Assembly (NCBI GenBank): GCA_002452835.1 | Contig: DKFO01000072.1 | Span: 9,902-73,901 of the forward strand | Direction: 5' to 3' | From: Candidatus Atribacteria bacterium UBA6794 | GTDB taxonomy: Bacteria; Atribacterota; Phoenicimicrobiia; Phoenicimicrobiales; Stramentimicrobiaceae | DNA length: 64,000 nucleotides | Part shown: positions 1 through 9,417 of the stretch, piece after piece | How the letters are laid out: every line of letters begins with the position of its first letter | How positions within the stretch are numbered: position 1 is the first letter of the stretch | Position numbers and translations under genes: made by a program | Notes under the pieces: model-generated | Told to the model about the DNA's origin: nothing | What the model saw: only the letters and a program-made list of their open reading frames with translations | Database searches by the model: none

Positions 1-258
1 GAATAAGCCGTAATCATATTTTTATCATACCTTTGAATACAATTATATTACCTATAACAATTTTCATCTATAATATTAGGGACTACAGGTATCTTTTCCT
101 CAATTTGGGATTGAACTTTACCCAATCCCCTAATAAGGCGATATATGAGAAAAGTAGCCTGTCCCCTTTTATTTATCTTGTATAATAGAGATCATCTTTT
201 AATATGACAAAGGATAGTCTCCTGATAGATTCATAATTTTAGCCTTATTAATTTCCCT

Positions 259-1338
259 TTATTTATTTAGCATTTTTCCAGTTCTGTAATAAAAAAACAT
301 CTGATTGGATTCAATTTCTTTTGTCTTTTCCTTCCATTCGTTTAATGCTTTGTAAGAGGCTGTCCCGACTCCTAATGTTAACCCGATAACTGCGGCAGAA
401 ATACTTGATATTTCTGCTAATTTAGAAATTGCTGCACCGATTATTCCCCCAGCCGGTATTTCCCATGGTCTTTCGGTAATTATATCTAATAAGTTTACTA
501 AATATTTATTTGATTTACATTCTTCTTCAATTTCCAATATTGCAGGTTCTACTTTTTGGTAAAATACTTTTTCAACATAATACTTAAAGTCTTCATCCCA
601 TGGTTCATATTTAATTCTTTCAGACATCTCAATTATAGCCGATCTAAATCTTACTAGTGGTTTATTCAATGTTTTTCTAATATCTAAAATCTCGTCAATT
701 GTCGCCTTATCGAAATTAGGAAGCCTTTGAAACATATTAAATGCCAGCCCAATTTGTTTTAATTTTTCGGTCCCGGATTCAGTAATACTTAGCTTTCCTT
801 CTTTTATATTAGCCCCAACCAAGTTCAATCCATTTTCATCCAATAGAGGGAAGGTATATTCTGGTATTTTTGACTTTGAAATAGTATATATCTCTAGATC
901 CCCAGCCTTTATAGCTGAGTCAAGTTTGCTAATTCCAATTTGTGATTTTAACTCATTCCATATAGATATAAATGTATTAGAAAAATGATTAAATAATTCA
1001 TTTACTAAATCTTCTAAATTAACATTTTTATTTTTTATATATTCTTGAATTATATCAATTTCTTCTTTTGACCCTTTATAGTTCTTTGAAATATCAATTA
1101 ACTTTCCTATACAATTAGACTTAATATCTTTCATTATTTGTTGTGTTTCTTTATCTTTATTTAATTCGCCTATCATATAAGGAAGTGAAAATAATACTAT
1201 CGGGATAATACTAAATAATAATACTTTGTCAGCATAAAGTAATGATGTTTTTACTAATCTGATATCATAATTTATATCTAATAGTTCTTTTTCGCTAGAT
1301 GGGAATGGTATTGCTGTAATATGTAGTTCTTTTATCAC
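259..1338 (-). CDS. Hypothetical protein with C-terminal Gly/Ala-rich hydrophobic hairpin, in R-M island
   Basis: 359-aa ORF with GTG start after AGGTGG; C-terminal GGIIGAAISKLAEISSISAAVIGLTLGVGTASY segment; no catalytic motif recognised. Confidence 0.75.
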   Translation of the reverse strand: MIKELHITAIPFPSSEKELLDINYDIRLVKTSLLYADKVLLFSIIPIVLFSLPYMIGELNKDKETQQIMKDIKSNCIGKLIDISKNYKGSKEEIDIIQEYIKNKNVNLEDLVNELFNHFSNTFISIWNELKSQIGISKLDSAIKAGDLEIYTISKSKIPEYTFPLLDENGLNLVGANIKEGKLSITESGTEKLKQIGLAFNMFQRLPNFDKATIDEILDIRKTLNKPLVRFRSAIIEMSERIKYEPWDEDFKYYVEKVFYQKVEPAILEIEEECKSNKYLVNLLDIITERPWEIPAGGIIGAAISKLAEISSISAAVIGLTLGVGTASYKALNEWKEKTKEIESNQMFFYYRTGKMLNK

Positions 1339-1405
1339 TTTTTATACCACCTTTTATTTTTTAATTAAAATATTATTCTGGCTGTAGAAAAAATCAAAAG
1401 AATTT

Positions 1406-1729
1406 TCACATTTCCAAGACATTTATAAGTTGCTCATATTTATTTTTAATATATTCATAGTTACTTGCAGCTTTAGGGCCAACGTAAACATTTCTTGCTC
1501 TATATGTTTCAGACCGAAATTTCAATCCGAGAATATTTTGACAACCGATATCTTTGTATGATAAATACACCAAACCTGTTTTGGTTACTCTAAGCTGATT
1601 ATTTATTCTATCATCAGCATTAGAAATAATTTCGCGATATTTTTCTAAGCCAAAATCTTTATAAAGAGGATAATGGGGGTAATTATAACAGAAAAGGTAT
1701 TCATATTTGTCATATAGACTAATAACCAT
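1406..1729 (-). CDS. Small hypothetical protein, possibly an N-terminally truncated remnant
   Basis: 107-aa ORF; the frame stays open for 22 codons upstream of the ATG with no start codon or clear RBS. Confidence 0.5.
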   Translation of the reverse strand: MVISLYDKYEYLFCYNYPHYPLYKDFGLEKYREIISNADDRINNQLRVTKTGLVYLSYKDIGCQNILGLKFRSETYRARNVYVGPKAASNYEYIKNKYEQLINVLEM

Positions 1730-1799
1730 ACAGCTTTCATTAATTAATTGTTTCGGAATAGATGGGCATACGGATACTAGAATAATATCTTTGCTTTAA

Positions 1800-4160
1800 T
1801 TATTCACCCCAGACTTCTGCTATTTTGTCTTTGATTTTCTGTTCATAAATTCTAATTAATTCTTTGTTGGCATCAATGATTTTTTGTTCATTTTCGATTT
1901 TTTCAACAATCTTTTTTTGAATCTCGATACTTGGTAAGGGAATCTTATATTTTGAATATACATCATTTCTATTTAATCCCGGAATCCCTGCTCCATTCTT
2001 TATACTTGGTAGATTCAATTTTTTTAAAATAAAATATACATATTTTAAGTCAGCTTTTTTCGGATAATTTAATTTAACATAATATGTTGTATCTATAGGA
2101 AAACAATCTTTATCTTGCCATACTACTTCCCCTGCAGAACCTTTTCTTCCAACAATAATTGCAGGGCCTTTTATCAAATAATCATTATGGTAACCACTAA
2201 TTCCATGAGAACCCATTACGGGGTATTTCCCCGGCTTGCGATCTCGTTTAGGTAATCCTTTCCCATATTCTAATGTACAAACTTTATTTAATTCAACCAA
2301 TTCCCAGTTGGGGTCGATTTTGAAGGTTGATTTGTAGTTTTCTACTACCTGTCTGGCGCCATCAATTATTTTTTGATAGCTTTCCAGTTCGGCAACGATT
2401 TGTTCCTGTATTTCAAGTGGGGGCAAAGGAATTTTAAAAGGAATTAAAGATTGACGTGTAATCTGAGGTTGTGCTGCCCCTGAAATTATAGGTGTTAAAT
2501 TTGAATGTTTTAGAAGATAAAATAAATATTTTTTATCAATAACTTTATTTTTTGGTGTAACAACCATTGCATTTCCAGTAATCCATGATTTTGGTTTTGA
2601 AATATTCAGAGTACCGCATGTTGCACCTCTACAAGTAATTAAGACCTCTTCATTTTCATGATTATAATTGTTGTATCTTCCTATAACTCCGTTAGCACCA
2701 AAAACTAAATATTTCCCATTTTCTATCATTTCCTTTTGACTAATTGTCTTTGGTTGATAAATTTCACATACTTCTCCCAGTTCAACAAAGTCCCATTTCC
2801 CCCTATAAACTACTGTTTCTTTGTATCTGTCACTGCTTAAGTTGTAATCTCCGCTTTGGGCAATCTTTTCTTTTTTAACCAAATGTGCTAATTTTGCTTC
2901 ATTGGTATCTAATTTCAGTTCTATATCTTCATTAATAGACTCCTGGTATTTTTTCATAATTTCTAGAGCAAGGAGCAAATCATTTTCATTGATTTTACGA
3001 CGTTGGGCACCAAGGTCAAAACCGTCATGGTTAATTTTTACAAATAAAATACTATCGGTCCTTTTAGCCAGGTCTTTATTCAAGAACAATATGGAAGTCT
3101 TAACCCCGGAATAGGGATTAAATACTCCGGCAGGAAGAGAGACAACTGCATAGAGAGAGTTTTCAATTAAACTTTTACGGAGTTTTTTATAAGCATTGCC
3201 AGATTGAAAGATAATTCCCTCCGGAACAATGACAGCTCCACGACCATTAGGTGTGAGATGTTCGGCAATATAATCGACAAAAAGAACTTCGGAACGTTTG
3301 GACTGAATACTGAAACGTTTGTGTGGTCTGATCCCTCCACGGGGTGACATAAAAGGCGGATTGGCTAGTATGATATCATAATATTCATTCCATTTATCTT
3401 CATAGGTCAGAGTATCATATTCATAAATTTTTGGATTTTGTAATCCATGAAGATACATATTAACCAGAGCAATTCTAACCATATCTGGAGAAATATCGTA
3501 ACCAACAATATTCTGAACAAGTCTTCCTCTTTCCTCAGAACTTAGATTGACATAATTATCTATCCTGTTTTTATTCAGGATATGTTTATAGGAAAAGATT
3601 AAGAATCCGGCAGTGCCACAAGCAGGATCCAGAATTGTCTCATTTTTTTGTGGATCTGTTACTTCCACCATAAAATCAATAATATGTCTGGGTGTCCTGA
3701 ATTGTCCGGCTTCACCCTGAGAACCCATAATCGATAGTAAATGTTCGTAGGCATCGCCTAATCTTTCGCTATGGTCGTATTCAAATTCACCTATTACTTT
3801 CAGGAACATTTTTAGTGTTTCCGGGTCACGATATGGAAGGTTGGCGTTTTTAAAGATTTCCCGAAACAGTGGAGGAATGTTGGGATTATGGTCCATTATT
3901 TGAATTGCTTCAGAATAAAGATTAACTAATTCAAAGCCACTTACTCTGGGATCAAAAATCTTACTCCAGGAATATTTTTCAAATTCTCCGCTGAAAAACT
4001 TTACCTTTCCTCCTAACTCTTCGGACTGCTTATCTATATCATCCATAAATTTATAAATCAGGGCAATAGTAATCTGCTCTATCTGTGATTTGGGATCTGG
4101 TAATTTACCGACCAGAATATCCCGGGCCGTATCTATTCTTCGTTTGGTATCAATATCCAT
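1800..4160 (-). CDS. hsdM: Type I restriction-modification N6-adenine methyltransferase fused to specificity subunit (HsdM-HsdS)
   Basis: GQFRTP, DPACGTAGF (motif I), NPPF (motif IV), then two TRDs each ending in IPLP(P/S)xEIQxxIV conserved repeats. Confidence 0.93.
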   Translation of the reverse strand: MDIDTKRRIDTARDILVGKLPDPKSQIEQITIALIYKFMDDIDKQSEELGGKVKFFSGEFEKYSWSKIFDPRVSGFELVNLYSEAIQIMDHNPNIPPLFREIFKNANLPYRDPETLKMFLKVIGEFEYDHSERLGDAYEHLLSIMGSQGEAGQFRTPRHIIDFMVEVTDPQKNETILDPACGTAGFLIFSYKHILNKNRIDNYVNLSSEERGRLVQNIVGYDISPDMVRIALVNMYLHGLQNPKIYEYDTLTYEDKWNEYYDIILANPPFMSPRGGIRPHKRFSIQSKRSEVLFVDYIAEHLTPNGRGAVIVPEGIIFQSGNAYKKLRKSLIENSLYAVVSLPAGVFNPYSGVKTSILFLNKDLAKRTDSILFVKINHDGFDLGAQRRKINENDLLLALEIMKKYQESINEDIELKLDTNEAKLAHLVKKEKIAQSGDYNLSSDRYKETVVYRGKWDFVELGEVCEIYQPKTISQKEMIENGKYLVFGANGVIGRYNNYNHENEEVLITCRGATCGTLNISKPKSWITGNAMVVTPKNKVIDKKYLFYLLKHSNLTPIISGAAQPQITRQSLIPFKIPLPPLEIQEQIVAELESYQKIIDGARQVVENYKSTFKIDPNWELVELNKVCTLEYGKGLPKRDRKPGKYPVMGSHGISGYHNDYLIKGPAIIVGRKGSAGEVVWQDKDCFPIDTTYYVKLNYPKKADLKYVYFILKKLNLPSIKNGAGIPGLNRNDVYSKYKIPLPSIEIQKKIVEKIENEQKIIDANKELIRIYEQKIKDKIAEVWGE

Positions 4161-4170
4161 CTTTTCTCCT

Positions 4171-6690
4171 TCAGGCTATAAAAGTATTTAAGAGAACATA
4201 GTCATCAATATATTCAACGATAGTATCTCTCCATTCACCTAACTCTTTCAAATCTTTCAGGGTAAATATTGGGTTGGTTGCCAGATCAGAAAATTCTTTA
4301 TTTTTAATGATTTCTCTTAATTGACTGTCGGTGATATAGGCTTTAATGAATTGACGGATAGTGTGAATCATTTTATGTTCTGGATGATAAAGGGAAATAA
4401 ATTTATCTACTTCTTCTTCCAGCAATTCATCTTTGCTTTTGAACTTCTTTATCTTACCAAAGATCTTCTCTAAAATTTCTCTTAAAGTCAACCTACGGTC
4501 TAAGTTTACTGATTTTCTCAATTTTTCCAGATTGAAATAATCTTCGGGTTTATCAAAAACTTCCTTTTTGATATGCTCTTCTGCTTCCTTAAATTTCCCT
4601 TCTTCTATAAACTTGATGATAGAAGAATCGGATTTTACCGTTTCTTCAAATTTTTCGAATAGTTTTCGGTCAACTTTCATTCCCTCGATGCCGACTTCAG
4701 TTTCTCTTATAATAAATAGGGGGTCTGGGGTAATACTTTCGTATTCGCCCTGAGGAGGTGGTGGTGGCTCTCCTTCATTACTCCCTGTTACAGGGGGTAA
4801 CTTAACGATTTCATCATAATTATATTTTTCTTCAAAGTATTCACAAACGGCAAAAAAGTCAAACAACTTAAAGTTGGTTTTTTGTTTAATATATTTTTTT
4901 ATATAATCTCTTTCGTCTCTTTCCTGGTAAACAAAATTATATTTACGAGTTCCGCGACCTTTCATTTGAACAAAATAGGTTGGTGAAAAAACTGGTCTCA
5001 TAAGACACAAATTTAAAATATCTTCACAGTCATATCCAGTAGTCATCATACCCACAGTAACACATACTCTGGTCTTGCTTGATTTATAACCATCTATAAA
5101 TTTAGTGTTACCATTGAGATTATTATTAGCAAAATTTATAGTCATTTGTTGGGCATCAGGGATATTTGAGGTTACTTGAACGGCGAAATCAGAATTATAT
5201 TTTCCAGGGTATAATTGTTGGGCGAATTTATTTAAGATTTGGGCTATCTTAGATGCGTGGGCTTGACTTACGCAAAATATAATACTTTTTCCAATTTCTC
5301 CGGTGAAAGGATCTTTCAGGGCATTTTCAAAGAAAGTCTTACAAAAAGTAATGTTAGTTTTTTCGGAGAAAAATTTCTTCTCAAAATCTTTTTGATAAAA
5401 TGTTATTTCTTCTTCATTTTCTGCCTCAGTTTCTATGAGAACAGAATAACCTTCATCTGATAGTAATTGAGTAGTAATCTCTGTTCGAGCATCTACTACA
5501 ATGGGGTTAACCAGATAACCATCTCTTACGCCGTCTAAGAGCGTATACCGAAAAGTGGGGTCTCCTGATGCACAGCCAAATGTGACATAGGTATCCAATA
5601 ACTGTCTTCTCTCTAATTGACGGGGGTCTCTTCCTGCTAATGCTTTTTTATCTATCTTTTTCAGGTAATCTTTAGGGGTTGCTGTAAGTCCTAATTTATA
5701 TCCAGTAAAGTATTCAAATATTGCCCGGCTATTACCATTAATCGACCTATGCGCTTCATCGGAAATTACCAAATCAAAGTCTGTTGGTGAAAAAAGGTCC
5801 TTGTATTTATTATTAAAAAGAAGAGATTGAACGGTGGAAACAACAATTTCAGCTCTTAGCCAGTCATCTCGATTTTCTTTATAGATTACCGTTTTGCAAT
5901 CATTCTTCAGGTATAAGATAAAATTCTTTCTAGCTTGTTCTTCTAATTCTAACCTATCAACTAAAAAGAGAACTCTTTTGGCATTTCCGGTACGAAGAAA
6001 TAATTTTATCACTCCCGCTGCAACTAATGTTTTACCAGTTCCGGTAGCCATTTCAAAGAGAAACCTGTTTTTACCTTCTTTGACTGCCTCCTGTATAGAC
6101 TTTATGGCATTTATTTGATAATCTCTCAGGAATTTAAGTTTGTTTTTATTAATAAATTCTTCTCTTGTTTCTGGATTTATCCAGTCAGGGCTGTATTGAT
6201 AATCTGGTTTTTGAGTTCTTACAATATAATCAGATTCAATATTTTCATTTAATATATTTTGAGGATTAGGATTAAAATCTTTTTTATATTTTATAGAGTC
6301 AAGGGTGGGAAATTTAGTAATCAGGTCAGGATTACCAAATTGAATATCCCAAAAATAATGTAAATTACCATTGGAAAGGATAACAAAACGAACATTAAGT
6401 GACCTGGCATATTTCCTGGCTTGTTCTTTGGCAGAGAGAGGGTCCTGGTCTTCTTTTTTTGCTTCTAATACCACCAGTGGGAATCCTAATTCATCTAACA
6501 GGAGAAAATCCACAAAGCCGTTTTTTGTTTTTTCAAAATTGTCCCCCAGATTGCTCAGCTTATCTTCAGTTAGCTTAACATTTGGCTCAAGAAGAATATT
6601 TGCTTTCCCTTCCGAGTTATCAAAAAATCTCCAACCTGCCTCTTCAAGAAGTTTATTGATTCTGATACGCGCCTTAGCTTCTTTAGACAT
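4171..6690 (-). CDS. hsdR: Type I restriction endonuclease subunit R (EcoEI/EcoAI-like)
   Basis: PD-(D/E)xK-like VDFLL...LEAKK, Walker A MATGTGKT, DEAH, TTGYD, QMKGRGTR; ATG at 6690 preferred over TTG at 6696. Confidence 0.93.
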   Translation of the reverse strand: MSKEAKARIRINKLLEEAGWRFFDNSEGKANILLEPNVKLTEDKLSNLGDNFEKTKNGFVDFLLLDELGFPLVVLEAKKEDQDPLSAKEQARKYARSLNVRFVILSNGNLHYFWDIQFGNPDLITKFPTLDSIKYKKDFNPNPQNILNENIESDYIVRTQKPDYQYSPDWINPETREEFINKNKLKFLRDYQINAIKSIQEAVKEGKNRFLFEMATGTGKTLVAAGVIKLFLRTGNAKRVLFLVDRLELEEQARKNFILYLKNDCKTVIYKENRDDWLRAEIVVSTVQSLLFNNKYKDLFSPTDFDLVISDEAHRSINGNSRAIFEYFTGYKLGLTATPKDYLKKIDKKALAGRDPRQLERRQLLDTYVTFGCASGDPTFRYTLLDGVRDGYLVNPIVVDARTEITTQLLSDEGYSVLIETEAENEEEITFYQKDFEKKFFSEKTNITFCKTFFENALKDPFTGEIGKSIIFCVSQAHASKIAQILNKFAQQLYPGKYNSDFAVQVTSNIPDAQQMTINFANNNLNGNTKFIDGYKSSKTRVCVTVGMMTTGYDCEDILNLCLMRPVFSPTYFVQMKGRGTRKYNFVYQERDERDYIKKYIKQKTNFKLFDFFAVCEYFEEKYNYDEIVKLPPVTGSNEGEPPPPPQGEYESITPDPLFIIRETEVGIEGMKVDRKLFEKFEETVKSDSSIIKFIEEGKFKEAEEHIKKEVFDKPEDYFNLEKLRKSVNLDRRLTLREILEKIFGKIKKFKSKDELLEEEVDKFISLYHPEHKMIHTIRQFIKAYITDSQLREIIKNKEFSDLATNPIFTLKDLKELGEWRDTIVEYIDDYVLLNTFIA

Positions 6691-6965
6691 TATCAATCTT
6701 TCCTTACATTAAGGAAATTATTCTTGTTTAATGATAGATTTAGTAGCTATTTTTATATTTTATTTTCTTAAAGTATAATTTATTTTAACAAATTACAAGA
6801 GAATGATTTAGCAGTTAGTACTAAAAACAGATTGTTTTTATTATATCATACTTTAAGAAATAGATAAAAAGAGAAGAAATAAAGTTTTGGTTTGCAGTTC
6901 TCAGTTAATAGATAAGAATATATCATTTAGAAAGATCAGGTTGTGCTGGATTGTTGATAAGGTTA

Positions 6966-7003
6966 CGAACCTGTCCCTAAATATTAGTTCAGGGACAGGT
7001 TCG
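6966..7003. terminator. 13-bp perfect inverted repeat downstream of the radical SAM gene (terminator or REP-like hairpin)
   Basis: CGAACCTGTCCCT / AGGGACAGGTTCG. Confidence 0.6.
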
Positions 7004-7071
7004 CAATAACTAAAATATCATACTTTTCTGGCATTTTCTCTGCATTTGCGCATTCATTTATTATGCACTTA

Positions 7072-8430
7072 CTACGCCTTTTTGGTTCTCTGCTCAAAGA
7101 TTGGTTTCGATTTCTCCTGCCATTGGGCAGAAAGGTTATCTAAAAATTGAGCAATTTCTCCTTCTAAAATGCTTTCTGCCCCTTCATGAGTGGGATGTGC
7201 TCCTGATTCGGCAATGATAGCCCTTAAATCTTGAGGATGGTCAATAATAGGACAGGGTGCCATTAAATTTTCTCCAAAGGGTTGCCGTTTTTGATAGGCC
7301 TTAAATAAGGGATTTTGTAGCACTTCTTTCAAACTCTTCTCCTTAATGTTATCTACGGCAAAATGGACAAAAGCACAAGGCTCCACTTCCCCTTTGGCAT
7401 TGATATGGAAGAATCTTCTACCACCAGCAATACATCCACCAGAGAAAGTACCATCATTCCAGAAATCAGCCAAAAAGAGAGGCTTTTTTGCTCGTATTTC
7501 AGGAACCCGATAAGCCAACATTTCCCTTTGCTCTGGAGTAATCATCATATCAAAGTCAGTATCTTTACCCACCGGAATATAATGGAAGGACCATCCGTAA
7601 ATGGCTCCCTTTTCTACCATATGGTCAATAAAGTCATCAGTGCCAAATAGTTCATCAACATTCTGTCTGGTTACGGTAAGACTGATACCAAAGATAACTC
7701 CCCTCTTCCGAAGCCTATCCATAGCCGCCATTATTTTATCATAGGTGCCCTCTCCTCGACGGGCATCAGTAGACTCTTTAAATCCCTCCAGACTGAAAGC
7801 CGGACTGATATTACCTACCTCTACCATCTTATCGGCCATCTCATCATCAATTAAAGTACCATTGGTATACATCATAAAAGCCACATCAGAATGCTTTTTT
7901 AAAATTTCAAAGAGGTGCGGATATAGGGTGGGTTCTCCACCAGATAAGGTGATAAAATAGATACCCATCTCCTTTGCTTCTGTTATAATCCGATCAATGG
8001 TACTTACCTCCAGGCTGTCACTCTTTTTATACTTGCCAGCCCAACAACCGATACAGTTTAAATTACAGGCACTGGTCGGGTCAATCAGGATAGTCCAGGG
8101 AACATTGACTCCCAGCTGGCGAGCTACTTCCTCCTGTCTGGGAATACCCATTAATCCGGCATTAACAAAGAAGTTCATAATCATTCCATCTTGGTAGCTA
8201 CGGGCAACCTGGGTAAGTTTCCGAACATACTGTTTTATAACTGTATTTTCCTGATAACCTTTCTTGATAGCAGCAATTTCTTCACGGTGTCTTTGAGTTA
8301 GGGCTACTTTATCAACCAGGTCCAATACTTTAATCAAATTTTTCTCGGGGTCCTTTTCCAGGTAACGCATAACTTGTCTAATAATCTGTTCAGAAACATA
8401 CTTTTTGGCAAAATTGAAATTAATTGCCAT
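7072..8430 (-). CDS. Radical SAM protein with SPASM/twitch-like C-terminal domain
   Basis: CNLNCIGC (CxxxCxxC), SGGEP, TNGT, and GCIAGG...HINAKGEVEPCAF. Confidence 0.92.
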   Translation of the reverse strand: MAINFNFAKKYVSEQIIRQVMRYLEKDPEKNLIKVLDLVDKVALTQRHREEIAAIKKGYQENTVIKQYVRKLTQVARSYQDGMIMNFFVNAGLMGIPRQEEVARQLGVNVPWTILIDPTSACNLNCIGCWAGKYKKSDSLEVSTIDRIITEAKEMGIYFITLSGGEPTLYPHLFEILKKHSDVAFMMYTNGTLIDDEMADKMVEVGNISPAFSLEGFKESTDARRGEGTYDKIMAAMDRLRKRGVIFGISLTVTRQNVDELFGTDDFIDHMVEKGAIYGWSFHYIPVGKDTDFDMMITPEQREMLAYRVPEIRAKKPLFLADFWNDGTFSGGCIAGGRRFFHINAKGEVEPCAFVHFAVDNIKEKSLKEVLQNPLFKAYQKRQPFGENLMAPCPIIDHPQDLRAIIAESGAHPTHEGAESILEGEIAQFLDNLSAQWQEKSKPIFEQRTKKA

Positions 8431-8569
8431 TTTAATTCCCTCCTTTTACCAGACATCTACATATTAATAATTTGAACAAATTTTTAAAACTAATTTAGAC
8501 AGATTTCAGATATTTTTAAATTATAGCAATTTAATAGGCAAGCTTTTCTATATTTTATTTTATTTTATT

Positions 8570-9109
8570 TTATTTTATTTTCTCTACCAGACGACAGATA
8601 AAATCGATGTTTTCCTCTTTTTCCTCCGGAAATTGCTGAGTAAAATCATAGAGCGTGATCATCAATAAACGAATCACCCTATCTTTATCTTTATCGGCTA
8701 TTTTTAAATCTTTTTTCTCTTCTGCCTTATAAACCAATGTTCTCATCAGCCTGAAAAGGTAATCTTGCATCTTGCTAAAAATTTCATGGTCAATATTTTC
8801 GCTTAAAATAACCCTTCCCAATTCCTTAAGCCTTACCATTTCGTCATAAAGAGCTGTAATAAATTTATAGGTGTCTCCACCTTGCTCTATGATTCCATCT
8901 AAAGCAGCATGAGTCTGTTCCAGACTTTGCCGAAAAACATTTAAGAATAAATCCTGCTTATTAATAAAATAATTGTACAAGGTACCTACTGATAAGCCAG
9001 CATTCTGGGCTATCATTTTCATGGTTACCTGCTGGTATCCCTTGGTGGTAAATAAATCAAAAGCTGCCTGATAAATTTTTTCTACAATTCCATTAATGCA
9101 TTTTGGCAT
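8570..9109 (-). CDS. TetR/AcrR family transcriptional regulator
   Basis: N-terminal HTH: AAFDLFTTKGY..VTMKMIAQNAGLSVGTLYNYFINKQDL. Confidence 0.92.
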   Translation of the reverse strand: MPKCINGIVEKIYQAAFDLFTTKGYQQVTMKMIAQNAGLSVGTLYNYFINKQDLFLNVFRQSLEQTHAALDGIIEQGGDTYKFITALYDEMVRLKELGRVILSENIDHEIFSKMQDYLFRLMRTLVYKAEEKKDLKIADKDKDRVIRLLMITLYDFTQQFPEEKEENIDFICRLVEKIK

Positions 9110-9142
9110 TTTAGTTCCTGAATAAATAATATTAATTTTTCA

Positions 9143-9199
9143 TGAACTAATATTCACTGAACCCATATTCATAATAATACCAGATTCTTTCTTTGTCAA
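9143..9199 (-). promoter_or_regulatory. Sigma70-type promoter of tetR with two tandem TGAA-N6-TTCA operators
   Basis: Minus strand TTGACA(9199-9194)-17 bp-TATTAT(9176-9171); TGAACTAATATTCA at 9143-9156 and TGAACCCATATTCA at 9158-9171. Confidence 0.75.
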
Positions 9200-9417
9200 G
9201 TTTAATTGGCAGATTTTTCTGTTTATCTACTGAGAGATTAAATAGAAAATGAGATTCCCGTTCTTAGTTCTCATATTTCCAGATAATAATAATCATTAAA
9301 GCTTAACAACAGGTTACTGGTTATGGAAATGAACTACTGGGAAAAAAAGATGTAAAATTTTTTAGAATATGTTATCTTTAAGAGGTTAATATCAGCAGGA
9401 GGAGTAATAGATTTTTA

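Noticed and set aside
2868..2882. Programmed frameshift (AAAAAAG) near the HsdM/HsdS junction yielding free M
   Set aside because: The run is read AAA-AAA-G, not the A-AAA-AAG slippery register, and no stimulatory structure was evident
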